A DNA stretch of 37,727 nt from a virus. The notes under the pieces were generated by a model. The model did not search any database, was not told where the DNA came from, and was given only the letters and a program-made list of their open reading frames with translations. How positions within the stretch are numbered: position 1 is the stretch's first letter; the number at the start of each line of letters is the position of its first letter. Of the stretch, positions 1-6,634 are shown one piece after another. Location: positions 1 through 37,727 of IMG/VR virus record IMGVR_UViG_3300048848_000022; one strand, given 5' to 3'. The position numbers and the translations under genes were made by a program.

Positions 1-127
1 CTGAATCTGACGGCTGTTGGCCAGATGCAGCGCGCGGGAGCTATATGCGTTAAGCTCATCCTGCGGCGACAGCATCGAACGCGTCAGGCCATAGCGCTGA
101 TTATCGATGTCGATGAAGCACGACCCC
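1..127. repeat. Terminal direct repeat, copy 1 (identical to 37601..37727); circular-assembly overlap
   Basis: Base-by-base identical 127-mer at both window ends. It lies inside the portal ORF and is needed to keep that ORF in frame. Confidence 0.9.
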
Positions 128-1008
128 ATAACGATAGGACAGCAGGGCGCGTTGTTGTCATTCAGATACGGCGACACGTCCTGTTCCAGCACGCCGCCAA
201 CATAGAACACGCTGCGCATCCACTCGCCGCGCTCCAGGTGGTACAGCTCCACGACGTACAAACGACGCTTGGCCTTGTCGAGCCAGTTGGTAGAAATCTG
301 GTCGGGCTTATCCGGTCGATCCAGGCCCATGTCTCCGCCCCAGCCTGTCCCCGTGTAAGAGTTGGCTAGATCGTCGGCAAAGTGCGGATACATGGCCGCA
401 ACGTCGCCTTCGTACATCCATTTGCCTACGCCCTTATAGGCCGCATCTGCAAAGTCAGCTTGACGGGCGCGCGGATCATAAATCCACTCGTCCTCCATGA
501 TGCGGGTGATGAGCGGATCGTTATTCTCATCTACCCCGACGATAGCGCAGGAGATACCCTCAATCAGATGGTTTTCTGCAACGTCGATCTTGGTCTTGTG
601 GAATTTATTTTTATCCCCGACAAAGCGCAGGGCCTTGGTCGCAACGTCAGCCTGCTCCTCATTCTGAGGATTGCGAGGGAACGCCTTTGGATCAACGCGG
701 GCCTGCTGCAACACGCCAAGCAGGCCATTGATCGCGGGCTTGATCTCATTGCGGATGACGCGAGGCTGACGAGAGCGAGTGAGAGCCCGGACCTTCGGAG
801 CGTCAAGCTGGTCGCCATCGTAATAGCGCCGACCACGCTCGCCAATGTCACGGCTGATCTGCGTGCCGTCCCGGAAGTCGTCAACGTATTTCTTGAGCGG
901 AGACGGGTCGATCTGGCGAAGGCGATAAAGCTCAGCCTCAATCGCGGCCTCTTCTTCGGTCAGGATGACTTCTTCGTCAGCCCATTCGCCTAGCGCCAGA
1001 TCAGTCAT
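1..1008 (-). CDS. Portal protein, N-terminal 336 codons (continues in 36692..37600 across the circular junction)
   Basis: Open minus frame from ATG 1008..1006 to base 1 (MTDLALGEWADEEVILTEEE...). It is absent from the ORF track because it runs off the edge. Its last 25 codons (MLSPQDELNAYSSRALHLANSRQIQ) equal the start of ORF 36692..37675. Joined size is 638 aa, next to TerL and the scaffold gene. Confidence 0.8.
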   Translation of the reverse strand, partial: MTDLALGEWADEEVILTEEEAAIEAELYRLRQIDPSPLKKYVDDFRDGTQISRDIGERGRRYYDGDQLDAPKVRALTRSRQPRVIRNEIKPAINGLLGVLQQARVDPKAFPRNPQNEEQADVATKALRFVGDKNKFHKTKIDVAENHLIEGISCAIVGVDENNDPLITRIMEDEWIYDPRARQADFADAAYKGVGKWMYEGDVAAMYPHFADDLANSYTGTGWGGDMGLDRPDKPDQISTNWLDKAKRRLYVVELYHLERGEWMRSVFYVGGVLEQDVSPYLNDNNAPCCPIVMGSCFIDIDNQRYGLTRSMLSPQDELNAYSSRALHLANSRQIQ

Positions 1009-1151
1009 TCGGTTTTGCCGTTCAGAGTGTTGAGCAGAAACGCCGCAGCATTAACGGACGTGTGCGCTTCATAGCGCGTCATGCCCATTTTTGCTAGGAT
1101 GCGCTCTTGGGCTTGGCGACGCTGCTTGCGGGTTGGGCTGGCTTTAGTCAT
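1005..1151 (-). CDS. Small hypothetical protein (48 aa, MTKASPTRKQRRQAQERILAKMGMTRYEAH...)
   Basis: Hand-translated ORF below the track cutoff. ATGA stop/start overlaps at both ends (1148-1151 and 1005-1008) fill the gap between two genes. Confidence 0.55.
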   Translation of the reverse strand: MTKASPTRKQRRQAQERILAKMGMTRYEAHTSVNAAAFLLNTLNGKTE

Positions 1152-1411
1152 GATGGGCGTGAACCAAATGCGTTTTCTTCGTTAACAAAGGCGGAGCCTT
1201 CGGCGTTTGCCTTCAAAAGCTCAAGGCCAAAGCTTGAGCCTGTGTAATGCCACGGATTTCCAAGCGATCCGGTGTAGTGCCTTGTCGGCTTGCTCATAAG
1301 CTTCACGCCATCCCAAGAAACAGTAAGCATGTCTGGACGCTGACTATCGCACCAGCGCTCAACTAAAAGACCAGACGGCTTCCCGCTTTTAAGCCTGCAC
1401 AGCTCAATCAT
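1148..1411 (-). CDS. Hypothetical protein (87 aa)
   Basis: ORF track; 4-nt overlaps with both neighbours in the packaging operon. Confidence 0.6.
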   Translation of the reverse strand: MIELCRLKSGKPSGLLVERWCDSQRPDMLTVSWDGVKLMSKPTRHYTGSLGNPWHYTGSSFGLELLKANAEGSAFVNEENAFGSRPS

Positions 1412-1635
1412 CCCATCGCCTCCAACTGCGCACGAATAGCATTGGCCCGCTCGGTCTGCCCCTCAACCCCGTCGATCTTGGCGAGGATGCGGGTCAGGTC
1501 TTCTTTCGACTTCTCGGTGGCCATCGGCGTGTCTTCGCCAAGAACGGCCCCGGCCAAGCGAAGGACCTCTTCATCGGTCGCCTCGCCTGTCGCAAGCACG
1601 TGACCGGCAACGGATCGGATGGGGGCTTTGGTCAT
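1408..1635 (-). CDS. Hypothetical protein (75 aa)
   Basis: ORF track; GAGGA 7 nt upstream of the ATG; co-directional with TerL and portal. Confidence 0.6.
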   Translation of the reverse strand: MTKAPIRSVAGHVLATGEATDEEVLRLAGAVLGEDTPMATEKSKEDLTRILAKIDGVEGQTERANAIRAQLEAMG

Positions 1636-1776
1636 TGATTTTCCTCAGGCAGCTTACGGCATTCCACGACAGGAAATATTCCATACCAACCGGTCAATCT
1701 CTCACCGTCTGCAAGGCCAAACACAACTTTATAAAATTGCGTATCCTGCTCGGTGGCTGGCCTCCATAGACATGCC

Positions 1777-3381
1777 TCACCCATAGAAACCTCCATCGTC
1801 ATGCTCTTCGCGGCTCCTGCTGTAGCGGTCGCTTGGTTTGTTAGTATCTACGATTTCGCTGACCGGAACAATGGCCGGATGCGCCATGTCTAGAGCACGG
1901 CCCATGTTAGACGCCGCGTCAACCTCATCATCATGCTTTCCACCTGGGAACGCGACGTATTCGTTAATGATCTCGTCGCCCTCCATTCCGGCGCGAATAT
2001 AGACCTCACCCATGGTGGCTTTAGCCTGGAATGGTTGAGCCTTGTTCGCCTTATCACCGCCCTGCGTGCTGATCTCTTCGATCCGGCACCTGATTTTATG
2101 CTTGCGCATTGCGGCCCTGACGAATGGAGCTGACGACTTCCAGTTGTTGTCGTTCTCAGGGAACCAGCAAAGAGGCTTCCATTTCTTGATGAGCGGCAAC
2201 GCTCCCTGATCCGCTACCGTTTGTTCGCCGGTTCGCTCGTCCAGCTTGACGCCCATCGCCTTGTCAATCGTTCCCTGGACGCGGTAGCCGTCCACTTCCC
2301 ACAGGTTCTGATCCTTATCGACGCCCCACACCCTAAACACGTTCCAGTCGCTGTCCTGCGTTCCGCCTGGAGCGTGATCGCTCGTCATGTAGTAGTTCAG
2401 GCGGACGGGGCGTTCAGACACTCGATAGCGTTTGAACCAATCGCGCTTAAAGAACGTCCCTTCAGGCGCTGAAGGCTTCTGTTGATAGAGGCTTGTCCAG
2501 GTTCGGTTGTTCTTCTGGAACGGCTTCCAGTGATCTAATGTAAACCATTCTGGCCAAAGGGTTTCTCCGATCTCTCTGCCCAACGGGTCATCATGACGAT
2601 CTGCAATGGCTGGAAGACACACGACGTGCCACACGCGACCATCGCGCCCCTGAAACACGCCAGTCTCACCCGACCATTCTTCCGGCAAAATGCGACCGGC
2701 AGGGTCATCGGCGTGCCAGCGTGTAAGGATCATCACCTGGGGCGCGCCGGGGATCAGGCGGGAGCAGAAGTCATCAACATACGCGTCCCACGTCTTGTCG
2801 CGGATTGTCTGCGATTCTGCGGCCTCACGCCCTCGGATCGGGTCGTCAAGGATGCCAAGCGCCGCCCGGTTGCCAGTCAGTCCAGATAGGATGCCACCCG
2901 CCATGAACTCTGAGCCGTTGCTCATAGCCCACTGATCTACAGCGCTCGTCGTGTTGCTGAGCGTCACGTCCATAAGGCGCTCAAAGCCACGTGACTTGAC
3001 CAGCGTTCTAGCGCGCCTCCCCTGCTTGGCGGCGATGTCCGAGGCGTAGGATGCGAGGATAACGTTGCGGCGCGGCTTGCGGGCCATGTACCAAGGCACG
3101 AACACAACGTCGGCATATGTGGACTTGGCGGACCCTGGCGGCAGCAGCAGCATCAGGTTCGGAACGCTGCCGTCTTCAACGCCCTGTAGCTTGCGTAGAA
3201 CCAGCTCATGGTGCGCCACAAGCTTGCCGAGCTTCATGACGCTGAAGCCGTCCTCGTCGCTCTCGTCGGATAGCGGAACGGTCGGAATATCAACCAGACA
3301 GGCGAAGTCGCAGACGTTGCGCTGAGCCAGCAACTGACGCGCTCGCATGACGTGGGCTGCTGTTATCTCCATCCCCCACAC
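1777..3381 (-). CDS. terL: Terminase large subunit
   Basis: 534 aa. Walker A-like LLLPPGSAKST, Walker B-like GILDDP, C-terminal nuclease-type DDEVDA. The start is uncertain (GTG 3381, ATG 3372 or ATG 3348). Confidence 0.9.
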   Translation of the reverse strand: MWGMEITAAHVMRARQLLAQRNVCDFACLVDIPTVPLSDESDEDGFSVMKLGKLVAHHELVLRKLQGVEDGSVPNLMLLLPPGSAKSTYADVVFVPWYMARKPRRNVILASYASDIAAKQGRRARTLVKSRGFERLMDVTLSNTTSAVDQWAMSNGSEFMAGGILSGLTGNRAALGILDDPIRGREAAESQTIRDKTWDAYVDDFCSRLIPGAPQVMILTRWHADDPAGRILPEEWSGETGVFQGRDGRVWHVVCLPAIADRHDDPLGREIGETLWPEWFTLDHWKPFQKNNRTWTSLYQQKPSAPEGTFFKRDWFKRYRVSERPVRLNYYMTSDHAPGGTQDSDWNVFRVWGVDKDQNLWEVDGYRVQGTIDKAMGVKLDERTGEQTVADQGALPLIKKWKPLCWFPENDNNWKSSAPFVRAAMRKHKIRCRIEEISTQGGDKANKAQPFQAKATMGEVYIRAGMEGDEIINEYVAFPGGKHDDEVDAASNMGRALDMAHPAIVPVSEIVDTNKPSDRYSRSREEHDDGGFYG

Positions 3382-3390
3382 ATAGCGAAA

Positions 3391-3418
3391 CCCCCGCTCC
3401 GGGGCAATGGAGCGGGGG
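3391..3418 (-). terminator. Perfect 10-bp GC hairpin + UUU just upstream of terL (putative leaky or antiterminated terminator)
   Basis: CCCCCGCTCC (3391-3400) / GGAGCGGGGG (3409-3418) with an 8-nt loop. On the minus strand it is followed by TTTCGC. It lies after a 130-nt non-coding spacer. Confidence 0.55.
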
Positions 3419-3552
3419 TGGTTAGCAGAATTCCTTGCGATATTCTGGCGTGAATTTTATTCGATCTGGCCGAGGTTTAGGACCCTTCATTAAGGTCTCG
3501 ACCTGCTCTAGATTTCTAGCCTTAGTCCATCCTGGTGGAATTAGAGGAAACA

Positions 3553-3795
3553 TCACTCACCCTCGCCTTCTCGGCTTGCCCGAAAGATAATAACGCCGTC
3601 GTCACTTTCTCCGGGATTATATGGCCCGTTATCGACAGAAGGAACGATCTCGAACTGCATGTCGTGGATAAGTCCGCAGCCGCAGCATTGGAGTCTGTAC
3701 CCTGGAAGCGGGTGAATCCAGTCCGACCAACCGTCGTCGTTCTGGTACATGATCTCCATGCCCTCGGGGCTGTGTGTAGGTTTTCCGGCCATCAC
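3553..3795 (-). CDS. Hypothetical Cys-containing protein (80 aa; ...LQCCGCGLIHD...)
   Basis: ORF track; GTGA overlap with the upstream gene. Confidence 0.6.
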   Translation of the reverse strand: MMAGKPTHSPEGMEIMYQNDDGWSDWIHPLPGYRLQCCGCGLIHDMQFEIVPSVDNGPYNPGESDDGVIIFRASREGEGE

Positions 3796-3959
3796 TCCCC
3801 CCTCAACTCAGCCGCCACCCGCATATGAGCGGGAGCGCCGGTGTCTTCTAGGATGGAGGCGATGGCTGCAATGACGATGTCTGGGTCGTAAATCGACACG
3901 TCTAGTGCGTCATCAACCGCCGTCCGCACCTTCTCCCGCAGCGTCAGTTCCTCGGTCAT
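3792..3959 (-). CDS. Hypothetical protein (55 aa from MTEELTLREK...)
   Basis: ORF 3792..3977. The internal ATG 3959 has AAGGA 8 nt upstream, so it is the preferred start. Confidence 0.5.
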   Translation of the reverse strand: MTEELTLREKVRTAVDDALDVSIYDPDIVIAAIASILEDTGAPAHMRVAAELRGE

Positions 3960-4200
3960 TGGTCGTGTCCTTTTCATTGAGGATGGCGTCGATCATGGTG
4001 GTGAAGTCGCAATCAAGAAACTCCGTCCTGTAGAGTTGCCCGCGTTGCTTGCCGATAAATTCGGTTGGCAAATCACGCACCGCCATCAGAACGGCGTGGG
4101 CGATGTCTGCCGCGCTGATTTTCTGCTCTTCAGTTGCCGTATCGTAGTCGATGGCAAACTTACCGGCTACAGCCCTAGCCGCTCGCTCAAGTGCGGTCAT
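3913..4200 (-). CDS. Hypothetical protein (95 aa)
   Basis: ORF track; ATGA overlap with the upstream gene; its 3' end overlaps the next gene out of frame. Confidence 0.55.
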   Translation of the reverse strand: MTALERAARAVAGKFAIDYDTATEEQKISAADIAHAVLMAVRDLPTEFIGKQRGQLYRTEFLDCDFTTMIDAILNEKDTTNDRGTDAAGEGADGG

Positions 4201-4529
4201 GGCTGGGTGGCTTTCGCGATGGCTGCTTTAGCCGCGTCTTGCAGATCAAGGTGTTCATCCGACGCAATGCACCCCGCCTCTTTCTCTGCGTAGGCCAGCA
4301 TACCAATCAGCGCCTCCAGCAAACATGGCGCGGCGGCTATTAGGCGAACGTTGGCTTCATCGACTTTCCAGAAGTCGCGGCGCAACTCTTCCATGTGGGT
4401 GGCAGCCACAACCTTGTGCTGCGGTTGGTCTGGCGACCAGTAGTGGCGCACCTCAAAGCTGACATCGAGGCCGCGCAAGTAGTCGATGCGCTGAACCGCC
4501 CAAGGCCCCGGCGCATGCCCCGCCATCAC
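4197..4529 (-). CDS. Hypothetical protein, 'GPW...ANxRLIAAAPxLLEAL' family (paralog of 11881..12165)
   Basis: MMAGHAPGPW...EANVRLIAAAPCLLEAL; the same motifs occur in the plus-strand gene at 11881. Confidence 0.6.
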   Translation of the reverse strand: MMAGHAPGPWAVQRIDYLRGLDVSFEVRHYWSPDQPQHKVVAATHMEELRRDFWKVDEANVRLIAAAPCLLEALIGMLAYAEKEAGCIASDEHLDLQDAAKAAIAKATQP

Positions 4530-4738
4530 TTACCCCCTCGGGCTGCGAGCATGGCGTCGGCGAGTTCGTAAGCTGTGACGGCGAACTTGTCCTTGTTCGC
4601 CTTGTAGTCTGGATTGGCGCACAGCCCCGTCAGCGCCGCCATAGCGAACTGATCGCGGAGTGTTGGAGCGGAATGGTTTATACCTCCACCCGACCACTCA
4701 ATGCCACCAGGAATGAAACCATCATCTAACATCATCAT
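4526..4738 (-). CDS. Hypothetical protein (~70 aa; ...TLRDQFAMAALTGL...ELADAMLAAR)
   Basis: ORF 4526..4762. A triple ATG at 4738/4735/4732 follows AGAGGAGAG and promoter P4. Confidence 0.6.
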   Translation of the reverse strand: MMMLDDGFIPGGIEWSGGGINHSAPTLRDQFAMAALTGLCANPDYKANKDKFAVTAYELADAMLAARGGK

Positions 4739-4757
4739 CTCTCCTCTTTCTTGCACC

Positions 4758-4785
4758 ACCATACGACAGGATGTGGAATGGTCAA
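4758..4785 (-). promoter_or_regulatory. Promoter P4 of the repeated cassette (TTGACC-N16-TATGGT)
   Basis: Minus strand reads CTTGACCATTCCACATCCTGTCGTATGGTGGTG, then AGAAAGAGGAGAGATG. The stop codon of the MTase lies inside the -35. Confidence 0.55.
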
Positions 4786-5480
4786 GCGGTTTCGTCTAGA
4801 ATGGCCCTCATTAGAGCTTCCGGGATTTGCGAGACAATGGCGTTTCTGAGTGTGTCAGTTCGGTCCACCGATCTTTGAAGCCCATCATCCATTCCTCGAA
4901 GCGCGGAGAGTGCAGCTTTCCAATCTCCGTCTTGCGAAACGGGTTTGAGGAACCGCCCCACTCGTCCAAACGACCCGAGACGTGGTTTTTCCCGTGATTG
5001 CTCGTCCCGCTGGGAGTAGGCAGCAACCCAGACGCGAAGCCGTCTGTGGGGAAGACCAACGGCGGTCGCCGGTATGCAATCCCATTCCGCATCATACCGC
5101 TCGGCGGCCACCTCCCCGAGTATCTCGCAAAGCCCTCGATTGCACAGGGCCGCCACGTTCTCCAGCATGAAGAGCTTTGGTCGAACCAGGCGAACGGCTC
5201 GCATAGCCTCCCGCCACAGTCCTGAACGGGCTCCGGACAATCCGGCGCGCTTGCCAGCGTTGCTGAGGTCTTGGCAAGGGAAACCAGCTGTAACGACATC
5301 TGCATCCGGGAAGTCCTCAACCTTGGTTATGTCTCCAAGGTTTGGCACATCGGGCCAATGCTTCTTGAGGACCGCTGATGGGTATGGCTCGATCTCTGAG
5401 AAGGCGACGGTTTTTACGCCCGCGCGTTCAAGGCCAAGAGCGAAGCCGCCTATTCCACTGAACAGGTCTATTGATCGCAC
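4782..5480 (-). CDS. dcm: DNA (cytosine-5)-methyltransferase (frame A)
   Basis: Motifs I DLFSGIGG, IV GFPCQDLS, VI ENV, VIII GLPHRRLRVW, and X-like LRNAIVSQIP. GTG 5480 with AGAGG 8 nt upstream is the preferred start; the track ORF begins at TTG 5504. Confidence 0.85.
   Translation of the reverse strand: MRSIDLFSGIGGFALGLERAGVKTVAFSEIEPYPSAVLKKHWPDVPNLGDITKVEDFPDADVVTAGFPCQDLSNAGKRAGLSGARSGLWREAMRAVRLVRPKLFMLENVAALCNRGLCEILGEVAAERYDAEWDCIPATAVGLPHRRLRVWVAAYSQRDEQSREKPRLGSFGRVGRFLKPVSQDGDWKAALSALRGMDDGLQRSVDRTDTLRNAIVSQIPEALMRAILDETA
4811..5320 (-). CDS. +1-frame ORF inside the MTase gene encoding a TRD/motif-IX-like peptide (status unclear)
   Basis: ...RWPPSGMMRNGIAYRRPPLVFPTDGFASGLLPTPSG...SPRFEEWMMGFKDRWTEL. 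In-frame ATG 5305 has GAGGA 8 nt upstream. Hand-counted GC3 is higher than in frame A downstream of ~5100. Confidence 0.35.
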   Translation of the reverse strand: MRTSRMQMSLQLVSLAKTSATLASAPDCPEPVQDCGGRLCEPFAWFDQSSSCWRTWRPCAIEGFARYSGRWPPSGMMRNGIAYRRPPLVFPTDGFASGLLPTPSGTSNHGKNHVSGRLDEWGGSSNPFRKTEIGKLHSPRFEEWMMGFKDRWTELTHSETPLSRKSRKL

Positions 5481-5629
5481 TTGATCGCCTCTGGAGAGTA
5501 GCAAGCACCTCCGCCGATTTCGAAAAGATCTCTCGCGGCCTGCGCAGCTTCGGCCATCGTATCAAAGCGACGCTCAATCTGTAGGCCGTTAGCGTCGGTC
5601 CCGTTCAGAGTCCAAACAACCTTGGTCAT
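5468..5629 (-). CDS. Hypothetical protein (53 aa, MTKVVWTLNGTDANGLQIERRF...)
   Basis: ORF 5468..5695. The ATG at 5629 follows the P3 leader GAAGAGGAGGGATTGAG. Confidence 0.6.
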   Translation of the reverse strand: MTKVVWTLNGTDANGLQIERRFDTMAEAAQAARDLFEIGGGACYSPEAIKCDQ

Positions 5630-5653
5630 CTCAATCCCTCCTCTTCTCCCTCC

Positions 5654-5682
5654 ACCATACCCCCCCCTTTTCCAATGGTCAA
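5654..5682 (-). promoter_or_regulatory. Promoter P3 (TTGACC-N17-TATGGT) with a G8 tract in the spacer
   Basis: Minus strand reads CTTGACCATTGGAAAAGGGGGGGGTATGGTGGAGG. The 8-C run on the plus strand is 5660-5667. This is the only copy with a 17-nt spacer. Confidence 0.55.
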
Positions 5683-5701
5683 GCGCCAATCTCACTCCAG
5701 G

Positions 5702-6184
5702 CTATTCTGCCCTGAAAAACTCTCCGTGCATGGATTTAGCAGCCGCCAAATATGCTTGATAGGCCTCCTCTGGGGAGGCAAACCGGCCTAGCCGATGTAT
5801 CTTTCCGCCGCTCGTAATCTGAGCCCTGTAGCGTCCGCTCTCTTTTTCCAGGTAAACTCCCTTATAGCCGGATGCGTTGTTTTTATGTTTGCGCCTGTTT
5901 TGCATGTTTTGAGAGTGGGTGGCAGTTCTCAGGTTTGACCTTCTGTTGTCTAAACCGTCGCCATTGATGTGGTCGGTCATCATTTTGTCGGGTGTTTTGT
6001 TCACGACCCTGTGCATAAACACCCTATATGTCTTACCGCCGAAATACTCGTATCGAACCGCGTAATTTCTCGAATCGTTGCACGTCACGCTCCATACAAA
6101 TGGAGACACCAAATGGTAATCACTCTCGTCTACCAGTGCGATCAACCCGTTTTTTAGGGGAACTGTTACGGTCTTGTTTTCCAT
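5702..6184 (-). CDS. HNH (HNH_3-type) + AP2-domain homing endonuclease
   Basis: HRVV...DHINGDGLDNRRSNLRTATHSQN (HNH), then SGYKGVYLEKESGRYRAQITSGGKIHRLGRFASPEEAYQAY (AP2). The gene is visibly AT-richer than its flanks. Confidence 0.9.
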   Translation of the reverse strand: MENKTVTVPLKNGLIALVDESDYHLVSPFVWSVTCNDSRNYAVRYEYFGGKTYRVFMHRVVNKTPDKMMTDHINGDGLDNRRSNLRTATHSQNMQNRRKHKNNASGYKGVYLEKESGRYRAQITSGGKIHRLGRFASPEEAYQAYLAAAKSMHGEFFRAE

Positions 6185-6223
6185 AACCCATACGTTCGCA
6201 CATCAATCCGCCCCGGGCAAGCG

Positions 6224-6256
6224 AAAAACCCGGCACCCGAACTAACGGACACCGGG
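6224..6256 (-). terminator. Rho-independent terminator of the P5 transcript
   Basis: Minus strand reads CCCGGUGUCCG-UUAGUU-CGGGUGCCGGG (11 bp including 3 G.U pairs; 6256->6229) followed by UUUUU (6228->6224). It lies 40 nt upstream of the HNH-AP2 ATG. Confidence 0.7.
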
Positions 6257-6412
6257 GCTATGCGAGGCCAGGATTGATACTGGCTGTCCGATCACACTGC
6301 GGTTGCGACCCGCGCCTATTTTCAGATCGGTCATTAGGCGGACTATGCACTTCCATCAGTGCTGCTCGCATTCTCGTTACGATTACTGTGTCCGCAAACC
6401 CCTTTGGGACAC
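6224..6412 (-). ncRNA. Putative ~187-nt structured RNA (5' hairpin, 4-way-junction core, terminator); function unknown
   Basis: Starts ~7 nt after the P5 -10. The 5' hairpin spans 6388-6412. A 7-bp closing stem pairs 6365-6371 with 6260-6266 and encloses hairpins 6347-6362, 6288-6330 (inner 6299-6313) and 6267-6284. It ends at the terminator. It contains only a 37-codon ORF without a usable SD. Confidence 0.45.
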
Positions 6413-6416
6413 CACC

Positions 6417-6444
6417 ACCATACGCGATCAGGCTGGCGGGTCAA
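6417..6444 (-). promoter_or_regulatory. Promoter P5 (TTGACC-N16-TATGGT)
   Basis: Minus strand reads CTTGACCCGCCAGCCTGATCGCGTATGGTGGTGG. The -35 lies in the last codons of the Lar gene. Confidence 0.5.
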
Positions 6445-6634
6445 GGCCGTCCACATTCCAGGCCATTATAGCTCTGTGTTCGTAGTTCTGCATCAGCGGA
6501 CCTCGAGCACGGCATTTGTTGCAAACCACTTGATAGTTGTCCCCAACGCGCCTGTAATTCCCGCGTCGAATCGCATTGCATTTAGCCTTGCCGCCACAAA
6601 ACCGGCACGGCTTGATTTCGACGGTGTCCATCAC
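6428..6634 (-). CDS. lar: Lar-family restriction-alleviation-like zinc-ribbon protein
   Basis: KPCRFCGG...VVCNKCRARGP...AIMAWN matches the Lar pattern (PCPFCG...C..Cga.g...Ai.aWN). Confidence 0.65.
   Translation of the reverse strand: MMDTVEIKPCRFCGGKAKCNAIRRGNYRRVGDNYQVVCNKCRARGPLMQNYEHRAIMAWNVDGLDPPA

Larger units (their letters stand above)
5654..6444 (-). mobile_element. Possible self-contained homing-endonuclease cassette (P5 - structured RNA - terminator - HNH-AP2) bounded by two promoter-repeat copies
   Basis: Free-standing HNH-AP2 gene with lower GC. It lies between Lar and the MTase operon and is flanked by P5 (6417-6444) and P3 (5654-5682). Confidence 0.4.

Noticed and set aside
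1-127. Terminal repeat as a prophage att site, LTR or physical DTR
   Set aside because: No integrase or host flanks are present. The repeat lies inside the portal ORF and is required to complete it, which fits an assembly overlap of a circular or permuted genome. A true DTR cannot be fully excluded without read data.
25-993. Plus-strand ORFs 25..369 and 382..993, and minus-strand ORF 564..941
   Set aside because: They are antisense to, or out of frame with, the long open minus-strand frame that encodes the portal N-terminus. The portal frame is missing from the track only because it runs off the window edge.
1636-1776. TTGACC...TATGGA in the gap after terL, and small ORFs there
   Set aside because: The two hexamers are only 6 nt apart, so they cannot form a promoter. 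The ORFs are 14-38 codons without an SD or overlap the next gene out of frame.
3422-3490. 22-codon ORF MKGPKPRPDRIKFTPEYRKEFC as a real gene or terS pseudogene feature
   Set aside because: It is too short, its SD is weak, and its similarity to TerS N-termini is only a loose pattern. It is mentioned in a finding but not annotated.
6260-6371. tRNA-like cloverleaf (7-bp closing stem, 2-nt linker, 4-bp arm with 8-nt loop UGAUGGAA containing GG, 5-bp arm abutting the 3' strand)
   Set aside because: The middle arm is a 43-nt extended helix preceded by 16 unpaired nt, with no 5-bp/7-nt anticodon arm. The T-like loop is 8 nt and lacks TTCRA. The core is 112 nt and there is no CCA or discriminator context. 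It is reported as a structured RNA, not a tRNA.
6274-6485. Plus-strand ORFs 6274..6471 and 6303..6485 in the Lar/HNH intergenic region
   Set aside because: They have no RBS, odd composition and an orientation opposite to the entire operon. The region is better explained by the minus-strand promoter-RNA-terminator unit.
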